Notes under the pieces: model-generated
What the model saw: only the letters and a program-made list of their open reading frames with translations
What the model was told of the DNA's origin: nothing
The model's database searches: none
Made by a program: the position numbers and the translations under genes
Shown: piece after piece, positions 1 to 9,696 of the stretch
Layout: the number at the start of each line of letters is the position of its first letter
Position numbering within the stretch: position 1 is the stretch's first letter
IMG/VR virus record: IMGVR_UViG_3300037296_000046
Location: 11,870-75,869 of that record
Source: a virus
DNA length: 64,000 nucleotides
Strand: one strand, 5' to 3'

Positions 1-40
1 TTTTGCTGATGCTGAATCCCGTATTGGTAGCTGGACACAA

Positions 41-370
41 ATGATGATCCAAGAGTTATTCAGTGCAGCAAAGCAACCTGCTTACCTTGATCGTTCACCT
101 GCAAAGCCTGATACCCATAAAGCATCCGATGTTCTTGAACAGTGGGACTTGGGTGGAAGGCGACATACTGTCGAACATAAGATGCTAGGTGGACGTGCTG
201 AATACATCTGGATGAATGAATGGCACAATATTGAGTTTGAACCAGATGGCCGAGGCGACGAGAAAGACTGGGAACGTACTAAGTTTGTTTCTGGGGGTCC
301 AACTCCACCAGATAAAGCTAAGCGTGCTAAACTCAGAGCCAAGCGGAAGAAAGCCAATGGGAAAAGATAG
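41..370 (+). CDS. hypothetical early protein, basic C-terminus
   Basis: 109-aa ORF in the tightly packed plus-strand early region; K/R-rich tail. Confidence 0.6.
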   Translation: MMIQELFSAAKQPAYLDRSPAKPDTHKASDVLEQWDLGGRRHTVEHKMLGGRAEYIWMNEWHNIEFEPDGRGDEKDWERTKFVSGGPTPPDKAKRAKLRAKRKKANGKR

Positions 371-548
371 CCACATGACGCCTTACTATGAGGTAAGGCA
401 GGCTGCGATTGATAATAGTCCTGATAAGGATTCTATATTCAAGCAGCATCACAAGATAACGATGGAATACGATACCAGTCTAAAAGACGATCCTAGGTAT
501 TACTCCCTTCGTCATATCTACAAATATCAACAGGAGAACAAATCGTGA
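357..548 (+). CDS. small hypothetical protein
   Basis: ATG at 357 in frame with ORF 216..548, overlapping neighbours; start uncertain. Confidence 0.5.
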   Translation: MGKDSHMTPYYEVRQAAIDNSPDKDSIFKQHHKITMEYDTSLKDDPRYYSLRHIYKYQQENKS

Positions 549-970
549 ACAAAGACACAATCATTCGTGACGTAAATATGGTATTCGTATTTGGTTCAAA
601 TCTGTCTGGCATCCATGGCGCTGGATCAGCACGGGTAGCAGCTAAAGAGCGTAACTATCCCATGGGCAAAGGTGAAGGCTATCACCTTGATCCAAGGACA
701 GGACTGGCGACATATGCTCTGCCTACTAAGGGCTTGAACATTACTGATATGAAGATTTATCAGATTCGTCGTCATGTTCAGAAATTCATTGAGTTTGCTC
801 AGGCAAATCCAGAAATGAAATTCAAGGTCACACAAGTAGGCTGTGGATTGGCTGGTCATGTACCATCAATCATCAGTGCCATGTTTGAATCTGCTCCAAA
901 GAATTGCTACTTCGATTCTAAATGGGCCAAATACATGCGTGCTAACGTGTCGTATTGGGGAACATACTAA
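545..970 (+). CDS. macrodomain-like phage protein (A1S_2505-type family)
   Basis: VFVFGSNLSGIHGAGSA, YALPTK and FKVTQVGCGLAG motifs; AGGAG RBS before GTG. Confidence 0.7.
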   Translation: MNKDTIIRDVNMVFVFGSNLSGIHGAGSARVAAKERNYPMGKGEGYHLDPRTGLATYALPTKGLNITDMKIYQIRRHVQKFIEFAQANPEMKFKVTQVGCGLAGHVPSIISAMFESAPKNCYFDSKWAKYMRANVSYWGTY

Positions 971-1206
971 TGGTGAAACGCTTGGTTCTCAAACAGGTGG
1001 GACACACAGCTAAGATGCTGTCAGCCATGAGTATTTATGGTGCGTCAGCTAAGGCTATCAGTGAAGACACAGGCATTGTGTATGATAGCTATGGCATGGT
1101 TCCACCTGCACCACCTGAAATGCCTGACATCAAAGAGGTGAAACAAGAGTTCATTCCGAATAATCGGGCTGGACGTAGGATGATGAAATCAAAGAAAGGT
1201 AAGTAA
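970..1206 (+). CDS. hypothetical protein
   Basis: TAATG stop/start coupling with the previous gene. Confidence 0.55.
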   Translation: MVKRLVLKQVGHTAKMLSAMSIYGASAKAISEDTGIVYDSYGMVPPAPPEMPDIKEVKQEFIPNNRAGRRMMKSKKGK

Positions 1207-1207
1207 T

Positions 1208-1597
1208 ATGCAGTGCATAGCTATGACTAAGAAAGGAGAACGCTGTAAATGTGGAGCAATGCACCATAATACAGTTTGCTATACTCATAGTTATGCTAGA
1301 TTTGAGGTTGTCTCATCTCGTAGATATTACATTGGGTTTAGCTTTAAACCTGCTGAGTATACTATCGTTAATGGATACCGTAAGTATAAGAAATACGCAT
1401 ATGCTAAGGTATTTGAAACTCAGGAAGAAGCTATGGCCTTCTTGAGTGCTAACTGGGATTTGATCTTTGGTCACTTCCCTAACAAATGGACTAATTACAA
1501 GGTCCGTAAAACGATGAGAGAACAGCGTGTACTACGCTCTGCTTCAATTGAATCGTTCAACATCAACATCCCTAACCCTTTATTGGAGACACCATGA
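1208..1597 (+). CDS. hypothetical protein with N-terminal C3H zinc finger
   Basis: CIAMTKKGERC...CYTH pattern; AAGG RBS. Confidence 0.55.
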   Translation: MQCIAMTKKGERCKCGAMHHNTVCYTHSYARFEVVSSRRYYIGFSFKPAEYTIVNGYRKYKKYAYAKVFETQEEAMAFLSANWDLIFGHFPNKWTNYKVRKTMREQRVLRSASIESFNINIPNPLLETP

Positions 1598-2421
1598 CTG
1601 TTACGCCAACTGTAGATACTCAAATTGCATTTGAGAAACTGTACGATAAGAACCAAACGATGACACGTCTTCGGCGTGAGTATGACATCCCAGATGTGCG
1701 ACAGCATCTCATGAAGAATGGTATCCCTCTCAAGTTTGGTATCGCTCTGATGTCCCAAATGGTGCTGCACAAGCGTACCACGATCAATGTGCTGGTAGGT
1801 ATCCTGTACCATCACTTTAAGGACGAGGAGAACCCATTCCAAGCCTGTGCTGATATGATCCTCAAGTCGATCCATGCCAACCTGTTGGACTACAACTCAA
1901 TGGGCAACCAGTGCATCGTGCGTATCAACGTATCTCAGGATGTGTGGGATGATCTGGAACGGTATCAGTATCCATTGCCCATGCTGATTGAGCCAATGCC
2001 TATCACTGACAACACTCAGACAGGCTATGTGACACAGAAGGGCAGTGTCATCCTGCGTAACAATGCAACGGATGATGATGTATGCTTGGATACACTGAAC
2101 AGTGCCAATAAGGTAGCTCTGACCATCAATCAGAACACTGCTCGCATGGTTCAAAACTCATGGGCTGATCTGGACAAGCAAAAGTCAGATGAAACATGGG
2201 ATGAGTATCAGCAACGTGTTCGTGCATTTGAGAAGTATGATCGGTCATCCCGTGACATCATGGAGCACCTAGCCATCCATGGTAACTGCTTCTACCTGAC
2301 CCATAGCTATGACAAGCGTGGTCGTCGCTACTGCAACGGCTATCATGTTTCATATCAGGGAAACGAATGGAACAAAGCAGTTATTGAGTTTGCCAATGAG
2401 GAGGTAATCGACGTTGACTAA
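1594..2421 (+). CDS. RNA polymerase II subunit 1 (N4 gp15-like)
   Basis: DKRGRRY (DxRGR) motif and YQGNEWNKAVIEF C-terminus; size and synteny fit N4 RNAP1. Confidence 0.92.
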   Translation: MTVTPTVDTQIAFEKLYDKNQTMTRLRREYDIPDVRQHLMKNGIPLKFGIALMSQMVLHKRTTINVLVGILYHHFKDEENPFQACADMILKSIHANLLDYNSMGNQCIVRINVSQDVWDDLERYQYPLPMLIEPMPITDNTQTGYVTQKGSVILRNNATDDDVCLDTLNSANKVALTINQNTARMVQNSWADLDKQKSDETWDEYQQRVRAFEKYDRSSRDIMEHLAIHGNCFYLTHSYDKRGRRYCNGYHVSYQGNEWNKAVIEFANEEVIDVD

Positions 2422-2596
2422 ACGATTGAGAGTATGGCGTCACAATCAATACAAGGGACATGCTGCAATGACTATTAGCAACATGTACAACATTGTGCAA
2501 TCTGACACAACAACACCGGAGGCCAAGCAATTGGCCTCTGATATTATAACCAAAGCCAATCAATTGAAATTGGCGTTACAGACGAGGGTGGAATGA
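2414..2596 (+). CDS. small hypothetical protein
   Basis: GGAGGT RBS; overlaps flanking genes. Confidence 0.5.
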   Translation: MTKRLRVWRHNQYKGHAAMTISNMYNIVQSDTTTPEAKQLASDIITKANQLKLALQTRVE

Positions 2597-2802
2597 GTAA
2601 GCCTTATAAAGACTTCAGCAAGACACAGTTCTTGTTTGATAACTACGGCTATCTTCAGACATTCAAACGTCAGAAGCAACGTGCATTGTTCTCTCGTGAG
2701 ACACATGCTTTCATTAGGTTCATATCTACAGGTGAACATAATGTAGAGGTAGCTCAAGATGAATACATCAAATCAGTATGGAGGTTGATACCCAATGGGT
2801 GA
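2593..2802 (+). CDS. small hypothetical protein
   Basis: ATGA overlap coupling; GAGG RBS. Confidence 0.55.
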   Translation: MSKPYKDFSKTQFLFDNYGYLQTFKRQKQRALFSRETHAFIRFISTGEHNVEVAQDEYIKSVWRLIPNG

Positions 2803-3229
2803 TATGGCTGACAGCTATAATTACGGTAATGGATTCGATGACATGTTCGATGGCATGTTTGAAGAAGACGATTTCTATATCCGTGGTCGTAGTCGTAAGA
2901 TACGAAAGGAATTCCAATCTGAAGACCCAACTCTATGGCGGGATAAGACTGGGGTTGATCATGTAATTGCTGAGATGTCATCTAATCATCTTATCAATAC
3001 CATACGATTCTTGGATGGTAGTGATCTAAAGGTTATCCAACGTGCTAACCTTGAGGCTGCACTTGAGAAATTAGCTAATGAATCCAAGGCTGTAGAGGAT
3101 CGTGTGCGTGTACCACGTCCTCGTAAGACATCACCCAAAGGCAAACTGTTTGGTAACGATGAGCCAAAGAGTGAGTATAGCACCAAATACGCATCACACG
3201 ATGCAGACGGTAATGAAATAGATTTCTAA
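2795..3229 (+). CDS. hypothetical protein
   Basis: GGAGG RBS; W-D-G-H-I-EM-HL-N-IRFL segment resembles a recurrent phage motif. Confidence 0.6.
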   Translation: MGDMADSYNYGNGFDDMFDGMFEEDDFYIRGRSRKIRKEFQSEDPTLWRDKTGVDHVIAEMSSNHLINTIRFLDGSDLKVIQRANLEAALEKLANESKAVEDRVRVPRPRKTSPKGKLFGNDEPKSEYSTKYASHDADGNEIDF

Positions 3230-3250
3230 ATCGTCTCACATCACTATATT

Positions 3251-3278
3251 GGGGCTGGCTTAATCGCTGGCCCTTTTG
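3251..3278 (+). terminator. weak intrinsic terminator
   Basis: GGGCTGGC/GCTGGCCC stem with G-U pairs followed by TTTT. Confidence 0.45.
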
Positions 3279-3310
3279 CATATTTAATCATCAGCACAAG
3301 GGAACACACT

Positions 3311-3688
3311 ATGTCTAAGTCTCGTAGAACCGCTTTCCAATCTATCTGCCTTGGTTCAGCCAAGCATGGTAAACTTGACACCCATGATGAACGCATTGGC
3401 TCTAATGGTAAATTTGCTAATCGTTCTATTCGTCAATGGTTGAAACTCGACACCAAAGCTCGTGTTACTCAGTATCACTTGGATCATGCTGATGACATGG
3501 AACACAACTACTGGGACTTGGAGGCTGAGCGTGAAGAATATGAATTCATGCTCGAAATGGAAGCCCATCTAGATGAAACGTATGCTCGTGAATATCGTGA
3601 ATACGAACAATATCTAGCTGATTTGGATGACCCAGAAAAAGACTGGGCTGATTCATGGACTAATTACGACCTGTATGAAACTGCTTAA
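3311..3688 (+). CDS. hypothetical protein, basic N-half and very acidic C-half
   Basis: 125-aa ORF with AAGGGA RBS. Confidence 0.65.
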   Translation: MSKSRRTAFQSICLGSAKHGKLDTHDERIGSNGKFANRSIRQWLKLDTKARVTQYHLDHADDMEHNYWDLEAEREEYEFMLEMEAHLDETYAREYREYEQYLADLDDPEKDWADSWTNYDLYETA

Positions 3689-3708
3689 TTCCTGAAAGGA
3701 TTACCACA

Positions 3709-4920
3709 ATGACAATGACTATGCTTACAGCACTGCAATACCTCAAGATCGACATCGCAGGCAACTTTGATGGTGCCGTTGATAAGATGGACTGGCTCGA
3801 CAGGGTAGCGTACTTCGATAACCTCGTTGCTGCCAAAGACCATGATTACATCGTTGAGCACGCTGAGAACCCTGCTCTGACCTATGCTGGACTTCAAGCC
3901 TATCGTGCTGCACTGCGTGGCGATCCAAGTGGGTATCCCATCTCTTTGGATGCCTGTAGCTCTGGTCTACAAATCCTCTCAGTAATGGTAAACTGTGAGA
4001 AGTCTGCAAAGCTCTGTGGCGTAGTGTCTACGGGCCACCGTGAGGACGCCTACACCATCATCTATCAGGACATGATGACTGCACTGGACAAAGCCTGTAA
4101 GATCACACGGGCTGACTGTAAACGGGCTATCATGACTGCACTGTATAGCTCGACTGCTGTACCTAAGCAGGTGTTCGGTGAAGGTGAACAACTGGCAGCG
4201 TTCTATGCCTCTATGGAGAAGCTGGCACCCGGAGCATGGGAACTGAACAAGGCACTGTTAGGACTGTGGCAGCCATACGCTGACAGCCACGATTGGGTCA
4301 TGCCTGACAACTTCAATGTACATGTGAAAGTGGAAGACCATGAGCGTCACCATGTACAATTCCTGAATGTACCCATTCCTGTAGACATCACTGTGAACAA
4401 GGGAACCAAGGAAGGTCGGTCACTACCAGCTAACATCACTCACTCTGTGGATGGCATGATCGTTCGTGAGATGGATCGTCGTTGTAACTTCAACGTGGAT
4501 CGTATGCTGGTCATCATCCCTCTGCTCGGCACTGAATGTGGCAAGCGTATGGAGACTGAGGATGACCTGATGGTAGCAAAGCTGTGGGAGCACTACACCC
4601 ACTCTAAGTTCCTGTCAGCACGCATCTTGGATCACCTGAACCCACATAACATGGGTCTGGTGGACCATAAGAAGATTGCTACTCTGGTCAAATGTATGCC
4701 TGAGAAGCGGTTTGAACTGATCGCTATCCATGACTGCTTCCGTTGTTTGCCTAACTATGGCAATGACTTACGCCGTCAGTACAATCAGATCATGGCAGAG
4801 ATTGCAGCATCAGACATGCTGTACTTCCTTGCATCTCAGGTTGTCGGCTATCAGTTGCCAGTTAAGAAACTTGGTAACATAGCTCTACAGTGTCTTGACG
4901 CTGACTACATGCTTTCATAG
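3709..4920 (+). CDS. RNA polymerase II subunit 2 (N4 gp16-like)
   Basis: T7-family motifs A LDACSSGLQI, B RADCKRAIMTALY, C IHDCF. Confidence 0.95.
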   Translation: MTMTMLTALQYLKIDIAGNFDGAVDKMDWLDRVAYFDNLVAAKDHDYIVEHAENPALTYAGLQAYRAALRGDPSGYPISLDACSSGLQILSVMVNCEKSAKLCGVVSTGHREDAYTIIYQDMMTALDKACKITRADCKRAIMTALYSSTAVPKQVFGEGEQLAAFYASMEKLAPGAWELNKALLGLWQPYADSHDWVMPDNFNVHVKVEDHERHHVQFLNVPIPVDITVNKGTKEGRSLPANITHSVDGMIVREMDRRCNFNVDRMLVIIPLLGTECGKRMETEDDLMVAKLWEHYTHSKFLSARILDHLNPHNMGLVDHKKIATLVKCMPEKRFELIAIHDCFRCLPNYGNDLRRQYNQIMAEIAASDMLYFLASQVVGYQLPVKKLGNIALQCLDADYMLS

Positions 4921-4933
4921 CATTAAACCCCTT

Positions 4934-4980
4934 GGGATAGCACATTTGATTTATATCATTTGTGCTATCCCTATTTTTTT
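4934..4980 (+). terminator. intrinsic terminator
   Basis: GGGATAGCACA/TGTGCTATCCC stem plus T-tract. Confidence 0.85.
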
Positions 4981-5035
4981 CTTGGGAACACTATAGCAGG
5001 ATTTATCTGCTTTTACTCCAATGATAGGAATTACG

Positions 5036-5794
5036 ATGCCCAAATGTAAAAATGATACTTACCTGCTCACGGTCCAAAGCCTTACAGGTGAGAAAGTCCG
5101 TTTGAAAATGAAGCAGGAACAGATGATCTATTTCATCACCACCAATGTTCTGCCTGAACCAGTCGGTCAATTGTCCGATGATAACATGAAGCTGTATCTG
5201 GATGATTTCTCATCCTTCGCCATTCCTAATACAAAGTGCAATAACTGCCGTAAGATGATCACTCAATTGCGTGATGCTGCTCGTGCTCGTCTGTCTTTGG
5301 ACTTCGGTGGATATGAAGAATCTGAACCAAACTTCGTAATGAAGGATATGCCTGACTTCAGTGGCATGATGGCCGAAGTGATGAAGAACGCCTTTGGCTC
5401 TCACTTCTACACTGAGACTGCTCGTCAAGAACCAGACACAGATGGGCTGGATGAGCGTAAGGACACTGAGCAACAGGATGAGGCACCTTCGACTATGCCT
5501 ATGGACCACATCCAACGTGAACTGCGTGAGGGTGAACTGTGCTGCATGACCCAGCTATCCACTCGTGATGGACGTATCACAGGCAATGCGATCATCTTCG
5601 ACATCCGTTACAGCCACGGTATGACCATCTTTGATGTCATCACTGATGCCCGTAACATCATGTCCTTGTCTCTCGCAGAGATGACAGAGATGTTCTACTT
5701 GCCTAAGTACGTCCTTAGCTCGTATCCAAACGATGATGAGTATGCTGTCAGCAACTACATCCAAGATTGGCATGATGCTCGTGTAGCACGCTAA
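5036..5794 (+). CDS. hypothetical protein
   Basis: AGGA RBS before ATG 5036; C-terminal T-DGR-GNA segment resembles a recurrent phage domain. Confidence 0.7.
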   Translation: MPKCKNDTYLLTVQSLTGEKVRLKMKQEQMIYFITTNVLPEPVGQLSDDNMKLYLDDFSSFAIPNTKCNNCRKMITQLRDAARARLSLDFGGYEESEPNFVMKDMPDFSGMMAEVMKNAFGSHFYTETARQEPDTDGLDERKDTEQQDEAPSTMPMDHIQRELREGELCCMTQLSTRDGRITGNAIIFDIRYSHGMTIFDVITDARNIMSLSLAEMTEMFYLPKYVLSSYPNDDEYAVSNYIQDWHDARVAR

Positions 5795-5800
5795 ACTATC

Positions 5801-5834
5801 ATCCCTCACCGGTAACGGTGGGGGATATTTTTTT
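5801..5834 (+). terminator. intrinsic terminator
   Basis: ATCCCTCACCG-GTAA-CGGTGGGGGAT plus T-tract. Confidence 0.85.
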
Positions 5835-5857
5835 ATTTATAATCATAGGTGATAGCC

Positions 5858-6040
5858 ATGGAACGATACTACTACGCTAATAAGATACTCAAGGTTGCCT
5901 TTGTATTTGATGAGGCTCCAATTGAGATACCAGAGGGATATGAATTCCTTGGTTCTACTACTAATCCTAGTGCTAAGATGGCTCTATCTGCCTTCATCCC
6001 TGAAGGTTTTGGATACACCATCAATTACGACAAGGGTTGA
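5858..6040 (+). CDS. small hypothetical protein
   Basis: AGGTG RBS before ATG 5858. Confidence 0.6.
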   Translation: MERYYYANKILKVAFVFDEAPIEIPEGYEFLGSTTNPSAKMALSAFIPEGFGYTINYDKG

Positions 6041-6085
6041 CATCTACTCTCTGTTTTTTGGTTGTATATATCAGGAGTATATCCC

Positions 6086-6280
6086 ATGGACCCAGCTTGG
6101 ATGCTCATTGTGATCATCGCTGCCCACTCTGATGAGGCAAGCTGTCGAGCACAAATCCCCCACGAACAGCAATATCTGATCGAAGCTGGGGAAGATTTCA
6201 TCGTGACCTGTGCTGAAGCCTCCTTGGCTCCACGGGAAACATTACGCCCAACCCTTAGACCAGATTGGTTCGACAAATGA
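6086..6280 (+). CDS. small hypothetical protein, hydrophobic N-terminus
   Basis: AGGAG RBS before ATG 6086. Confidence 0.55.
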   Translation: MDPAWMLIVIIAAHSDEASCRAQIPHEQQYLIEAGEDFIVTCAEASLAPRETLRPTLRPDWFDK

Positions 6281-6498
6281 ACATTGGTGCAACTCGTAAT
6301 GCTACAATGGCAATTGCCATTAAGAGCTATTTCATTCAAACTCAACCTTCACCAGTTGAAGGCCCACATGCACAAGAGGTTCCTCGTGAAACATTCATGA
6401 CCTCTGCTGCTGCTAACCCTCATGTCGCAATTGAATTTGATGAACTCTATGAGTCATTGTATTTACGTTTCGACATTGATCGTTTGGATGTGGTCTGA
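6277..6498 (+). CDS. small hypothetical protein
   Basis: ATGA coupling with the upstream gene. Confidence 0.5.
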   Translation: MNIGATRNATMAIAIKSYFIQTQPSPVEGPHAQEVPRETFMTSAAANPHVAIEFDELYESLYLRFDIDRLDVV

Positions 6499-6845
6499 TG
6501 GAAGTAGGATTCTTATTCAAATGTGCGATAGGAATATGGCTCTCTGGTGCTCTACTCTATGTAATTTCCCATTACCTAATGGAAGATAAACATACAGGGG
6601 GCATCATCGCTGCCATCACTGGGGTCGTAGGCATCATCTTCATGGTCTTCGGTATCGACATCAACCCTGATGACCCACCGTACTACTGGACTTGGGACGA
6701 TGCTCGCATCGCTGATGGACTGTGCATCGCACAAGAAACAGTCGAACGATCACCCGGAATAAGCTCTAGCAAGACAGCTTTACCTGAAGAACTGATGACT
6801 CGCTACACTTGCGAAGCCACTGAATTCTGGCGTAAAACCAAGTGA
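6498..6845 (+). CDS. membrane protein (2 TM helices)
   Basis: two hydrophobic segments; TGATG coupling. Confidence 0.6.
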   Translation: MEVGFLFKCAIGIWLSGALLYVISHYLMEDKHTGGIIAAITGVVGIIFMVFGIDINPDDPPYYWTWDDARIADGLCIAQETVERSPGISSSKTALPEELMTRYTCEATEFWRKTK

Positions 6846-6991
6846 GACCTGCTCTTTAGGACACAATCCGCCTGCTCTGGTTTGACTTTTTGTGGGTTCG
6901 ATGAAACCATATTGCTAACTTCAGGCGTTAGTATAACAAGGACGGCAAGTTTGTTGCCGTCCTCAATGCAACATTTAGGGAGACAGCAACC

Positions 6992-7186
6992 ATGGCAAAC
7001 TCAGAGACATCCATCATGTATCACGCAAAACAAGCTCATGTAGTCTATCCTATGCCGAATCTACATGTGCTTCGTGCTGAACCAATGAACGGACCTGAGC
7101 GTGACGATGATTGCGTTCCTAGTTTCCAGTCTATTTGCGCAACAACCCTTGGTATGATTGTCCTCTTAGCACTGATGTCTTTCTAA
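6992..7186 (+). CDS. small protein with C-terminal hydrophobic helix
   Basis: GGGAG RBS; followed by a terminator. Confidence 0.55.
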   Translation: MANSETSIMYHAKQAHVVYPMPNLHVLRAEPMNGPERDDDCVPSFQSICATTLGMIVLLALMSF

Positions 7187-7208
7187 TTTCATAAACACTT
7201 AGTGTTTT

Positions 7209-7245
7209 ATAGGCGGTGACTCTTATAGTCATCGCCTATTTTTTT
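7209..7245 (+). terminator. intrinsic terminator
   Basis: ATAGGCGGTGAC/GTCATCGCCTAT stem plus T-tract. Confidence 0.85.
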
Positions 7246-7259
7246 GTTTGAGGTTCGAT

Positions 7260-7619
7260 ATGTCAAAATATCCTAAAGATATAGAAGTCTGGTATCGTGT
7301 AGAGGTACAAGGCTATAACGATCATGAGTTTGATATTCATTACGTTGAATACCGTGTCATAAACCATACTCCGAAAGGTGTCTGGCTAAAGGCATATGAT
7401 GGTAAGAGATTTGTAACAGGCAACTGCCGTAAGCAATTGGCTCTACCAACCAAACAGCTTGCTTTACGAGATTTCATATTCCGTAAGAAAGCACACATCC
7501 GTCATTTGGAAATTAAATACCGTATGGCTCATAATGCTATGCACTATGCGGAAACTGAATTCCAAACACTTTTTGATCCAGACAGGACATCAAGTCTTGC
7601 TGAGATAGACTACCATTAA
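7260..7619 (+). CDS. hypothetical protein
   Basis: GAGGT RBS; VINHTPKGVWL...ALPTKQLALRDF resembles a recurrent phage family. Confidence 0.65.
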   Translation: MSKYPKDIEVWYRVEVQGYNDHEFDIHYVEYRVINHTPKGVWLKAYDGKRFVTGNCRKQLALPTKQLALRDFIFRKKAHIRHLEIKYRMAHNAMHYAETEFQTLFDPDRTSSLAEIDYH

Positions 7620-7638
7620 ACCTTGAAAGGGTGCCAAC

Positions 7639-9696
7639 ATGTCTAAAGATTTTCCTAAGTTCTCCAAAGCTATCCGTGCCAACTGGGCTGACATCATCAA
7701 CCATAACGTCAACCTGTTCCGTGTGGATATTGAGCGTGATCACCTGTGGGATCACTACCTTGCCTCGTTCCCCGAAGGCACTGACCCGATGTACCGTGAG
7801 CGCACTGAGCATGACTGCTCCTGCTGCCGCCAGTTCATCAAGAATGTCGCTGGTGCTGTTGCTATCAACCACACTGGTACTGGTCTGGTCACTGTCTGGT
7901 CTAGCATGGATGACATGGTAGAACCATACCGCACTGTGGCTGCTGCCATGGATCAACTAGTTAAATCTGCAATGATTGCCAACCACTATCGCACTGCCGA
8001 AGAACAATTCGGTGTCGATTCCAATTTCGAGATGATCGCTGACAAGTCGATCACCTATCACCACTTCTCTGCCAAGATGCCTACCTATGTCCAGATGAGT
8101 AGCGATATGATCCCTACCTTCCTTGGTAAAGCTGCAACATCTATGCAGGTCTTCACTCGTGGTCTGACTGAACTGAAGCCTTCGGTTCTGGCTACAGTCT
8201 ATGACCTGTGCTCCACCAAGGATGCCCTCTATCGTGGTGACACTTACCTTCAATTGGTAAGCTCTTTCATCGAAGCACAGACAGGCTACCTGCTGCTGAA
8301 CAGCGATCAGGCCCGTAACATCTACCTGTGGCAACGGTCTGCCTCTCCTGCCCTCATGCACTTCCGTAACAGTGCCATTGGCAACCTGTGCGTGAACCTG
8401 ACTGAAGGCATGGACCTTGAAGAAGCTGTACGCATGTTTGAGGCGTCTGTGGCACCTGAGAACTACAAGCGTACTACCAAGGTCGTGACCCAAGGGATGA
8501 TCGACAAGGCTCTTGCTGACATTGATCTGCTGGGTCTACGCCCTGCTCTGGATCGTCGTCATGCAAAGCTGGATGACATCAGCATCAATAACGTGCTGTG
8601 GGCCTCTAACGAAGCTCAGACAACGATGAAGGATGGTCTGCGTGACCTACTGGTTAGCTCTGCTAAACCTGCTGCCACACCGAACTTTGACAATGCAACG
8701 GAAATCACCTTTGCAGAGTTTGAGCGTGAGGTTCTTCCCGGCGTCACATCCATGAAGACATTGATGAAATCTGAGCATCAGAGCCAATTGGTGAACGTGA
8801 CTGCACCTGTCAACACACCAGAAGAAGGCCACTTTGGCTTGTTCCCATGGGACAATGACTTTGCTTGGTCCTACAATGGTAATTTGGCAGATTCGTCCAT
8901 TGCTACCCGTGTGAAGAAAGCTGGTGGACGTGTGGATAACGCTCTGATGCGTTTCTCTCTGGCATGGTTCAACACCGATGACCTCGACATCCATGTACGG
9001 CTACCTGATCGTACCTCAGTGAGCTTTAACAATAAGCGTGGCTTGCTGGATGTGGACATGAACTGCTTCTCTAACCTGAAGCGGGATGCTGTCGAGAACG
9101 TCTCTTGGATGGATACACCTCCTGATGGTGTCTATCAGATCGTCATCAACAACTATCGTCAGCGTGAAACGATTGACGTAGGTTTTGAGGTTGAAGTCGT
9201 CTCTGGCGATAAGACCTACATGCTGACCTATCCTCGTGCTGTCCGTGGTAACGTACATGTTGCCAATGTACTGGTAAAGAAGGGTCAGATCGAAACTATT
9301 GAGACTTTGGATACTGCCATCCGTGTTGATAGCGATACCAAATCTACCAAGATTTGGAATGTTGACACCAATACGATGGTAGATGTGACAACTGTAATGT
9401 ACAGCCCTAACTTCTGGGATGGACAAGAAAGTGGTCTGCGTCACACCATGTTTATGCTGAAGGGTGCCTTTAACCCCGATGCTACTCGTGGCATCTACAA
9501 TGAGTTCTTGGCACCTAGCCTGAATGAGAACCGTCGTGTGTTCGACCTTCTGGGAGCCAAGACCATGATCCCCGCTGAGGAGGGTTTCGTTACCCAACTT
9601 GCAGGTCTAGGCTTTACTGCGGGTCGTGACTCCAAAAAACTGTCGGTAGTCGTGCAGGGTCCATCCCTTAACAAAGCCTATAACATCGTATTCTAA
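7639..9696 (+). CDS. large conserved phage protein with Cys motif and YfaP/DUF2135-like domain
   Basis: HDCSCCRQF motif; LAWFNTDDLDIHV...LDVDMN...VENVSW motif. Confidence 0.75.
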   Translation: MSKDFPKFSKAIRANWADIINHNVNLFRVDIERDHLWDHYLASFPEGTDPMYRERTEHDCSCCRQFIKNVAGAVAINHTGTGLVTVWSSMDDMVEPYRTVAAAMDQLVKSAMIANHYRTAEEQFGVDSNFEMIADKSITYHHFSAKMPTYVQMSSDMIPTFLGKAATSMQVFTRGLTELKPSVLATVYDLCSTKDALYRGDTYLQLVSSFIEAQTGYLLLNSDQARNIYLWQRSASPALMHFRNSAIGNLCVNLTEGMDLEEAVRMFEASVAPENYKRTTKVVTQGMIDKALADIDLLGLRPALDRRHAKLDDISINNVLWASNEAQTTMKDGLRDLLVSSAKPAATPNFDNATEITFAEFEREVLPGVTSMKTLMKSEHQSQLVNVTAPVNTPEEGHFGLFPWDNDFAWSYNGNLADSSIATRVKKAGGRVDNALMRFSLAWFNTDDLDIHVRLPDRTSVSFNNKRGLLDVDMNCFSNLKRDAVENVSWMDTPPDGVYQIVINNYRQRETIDVGFEVEVVSGDKTYMLTYPRAVRGNVHVANVLVKKGQIETIETLDTAIRVDSDTKSTKIWNVDTNTMVDVTTVMYSPNFWDGQESGLRHTMFMLKGAFNPDATRGIYNEFLAPSLNENRRVFDLLGAKTMIPAEEGFVTQLAGLGFTAGRDSKKLSVVVQGPSLNKAYNIVF

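Noticed and set aside
1-1600. Canonical vRNAP hairpin promoters or terminal repeat
   Set aside because: None recognised; the genome's left end appears to lie outside the window.
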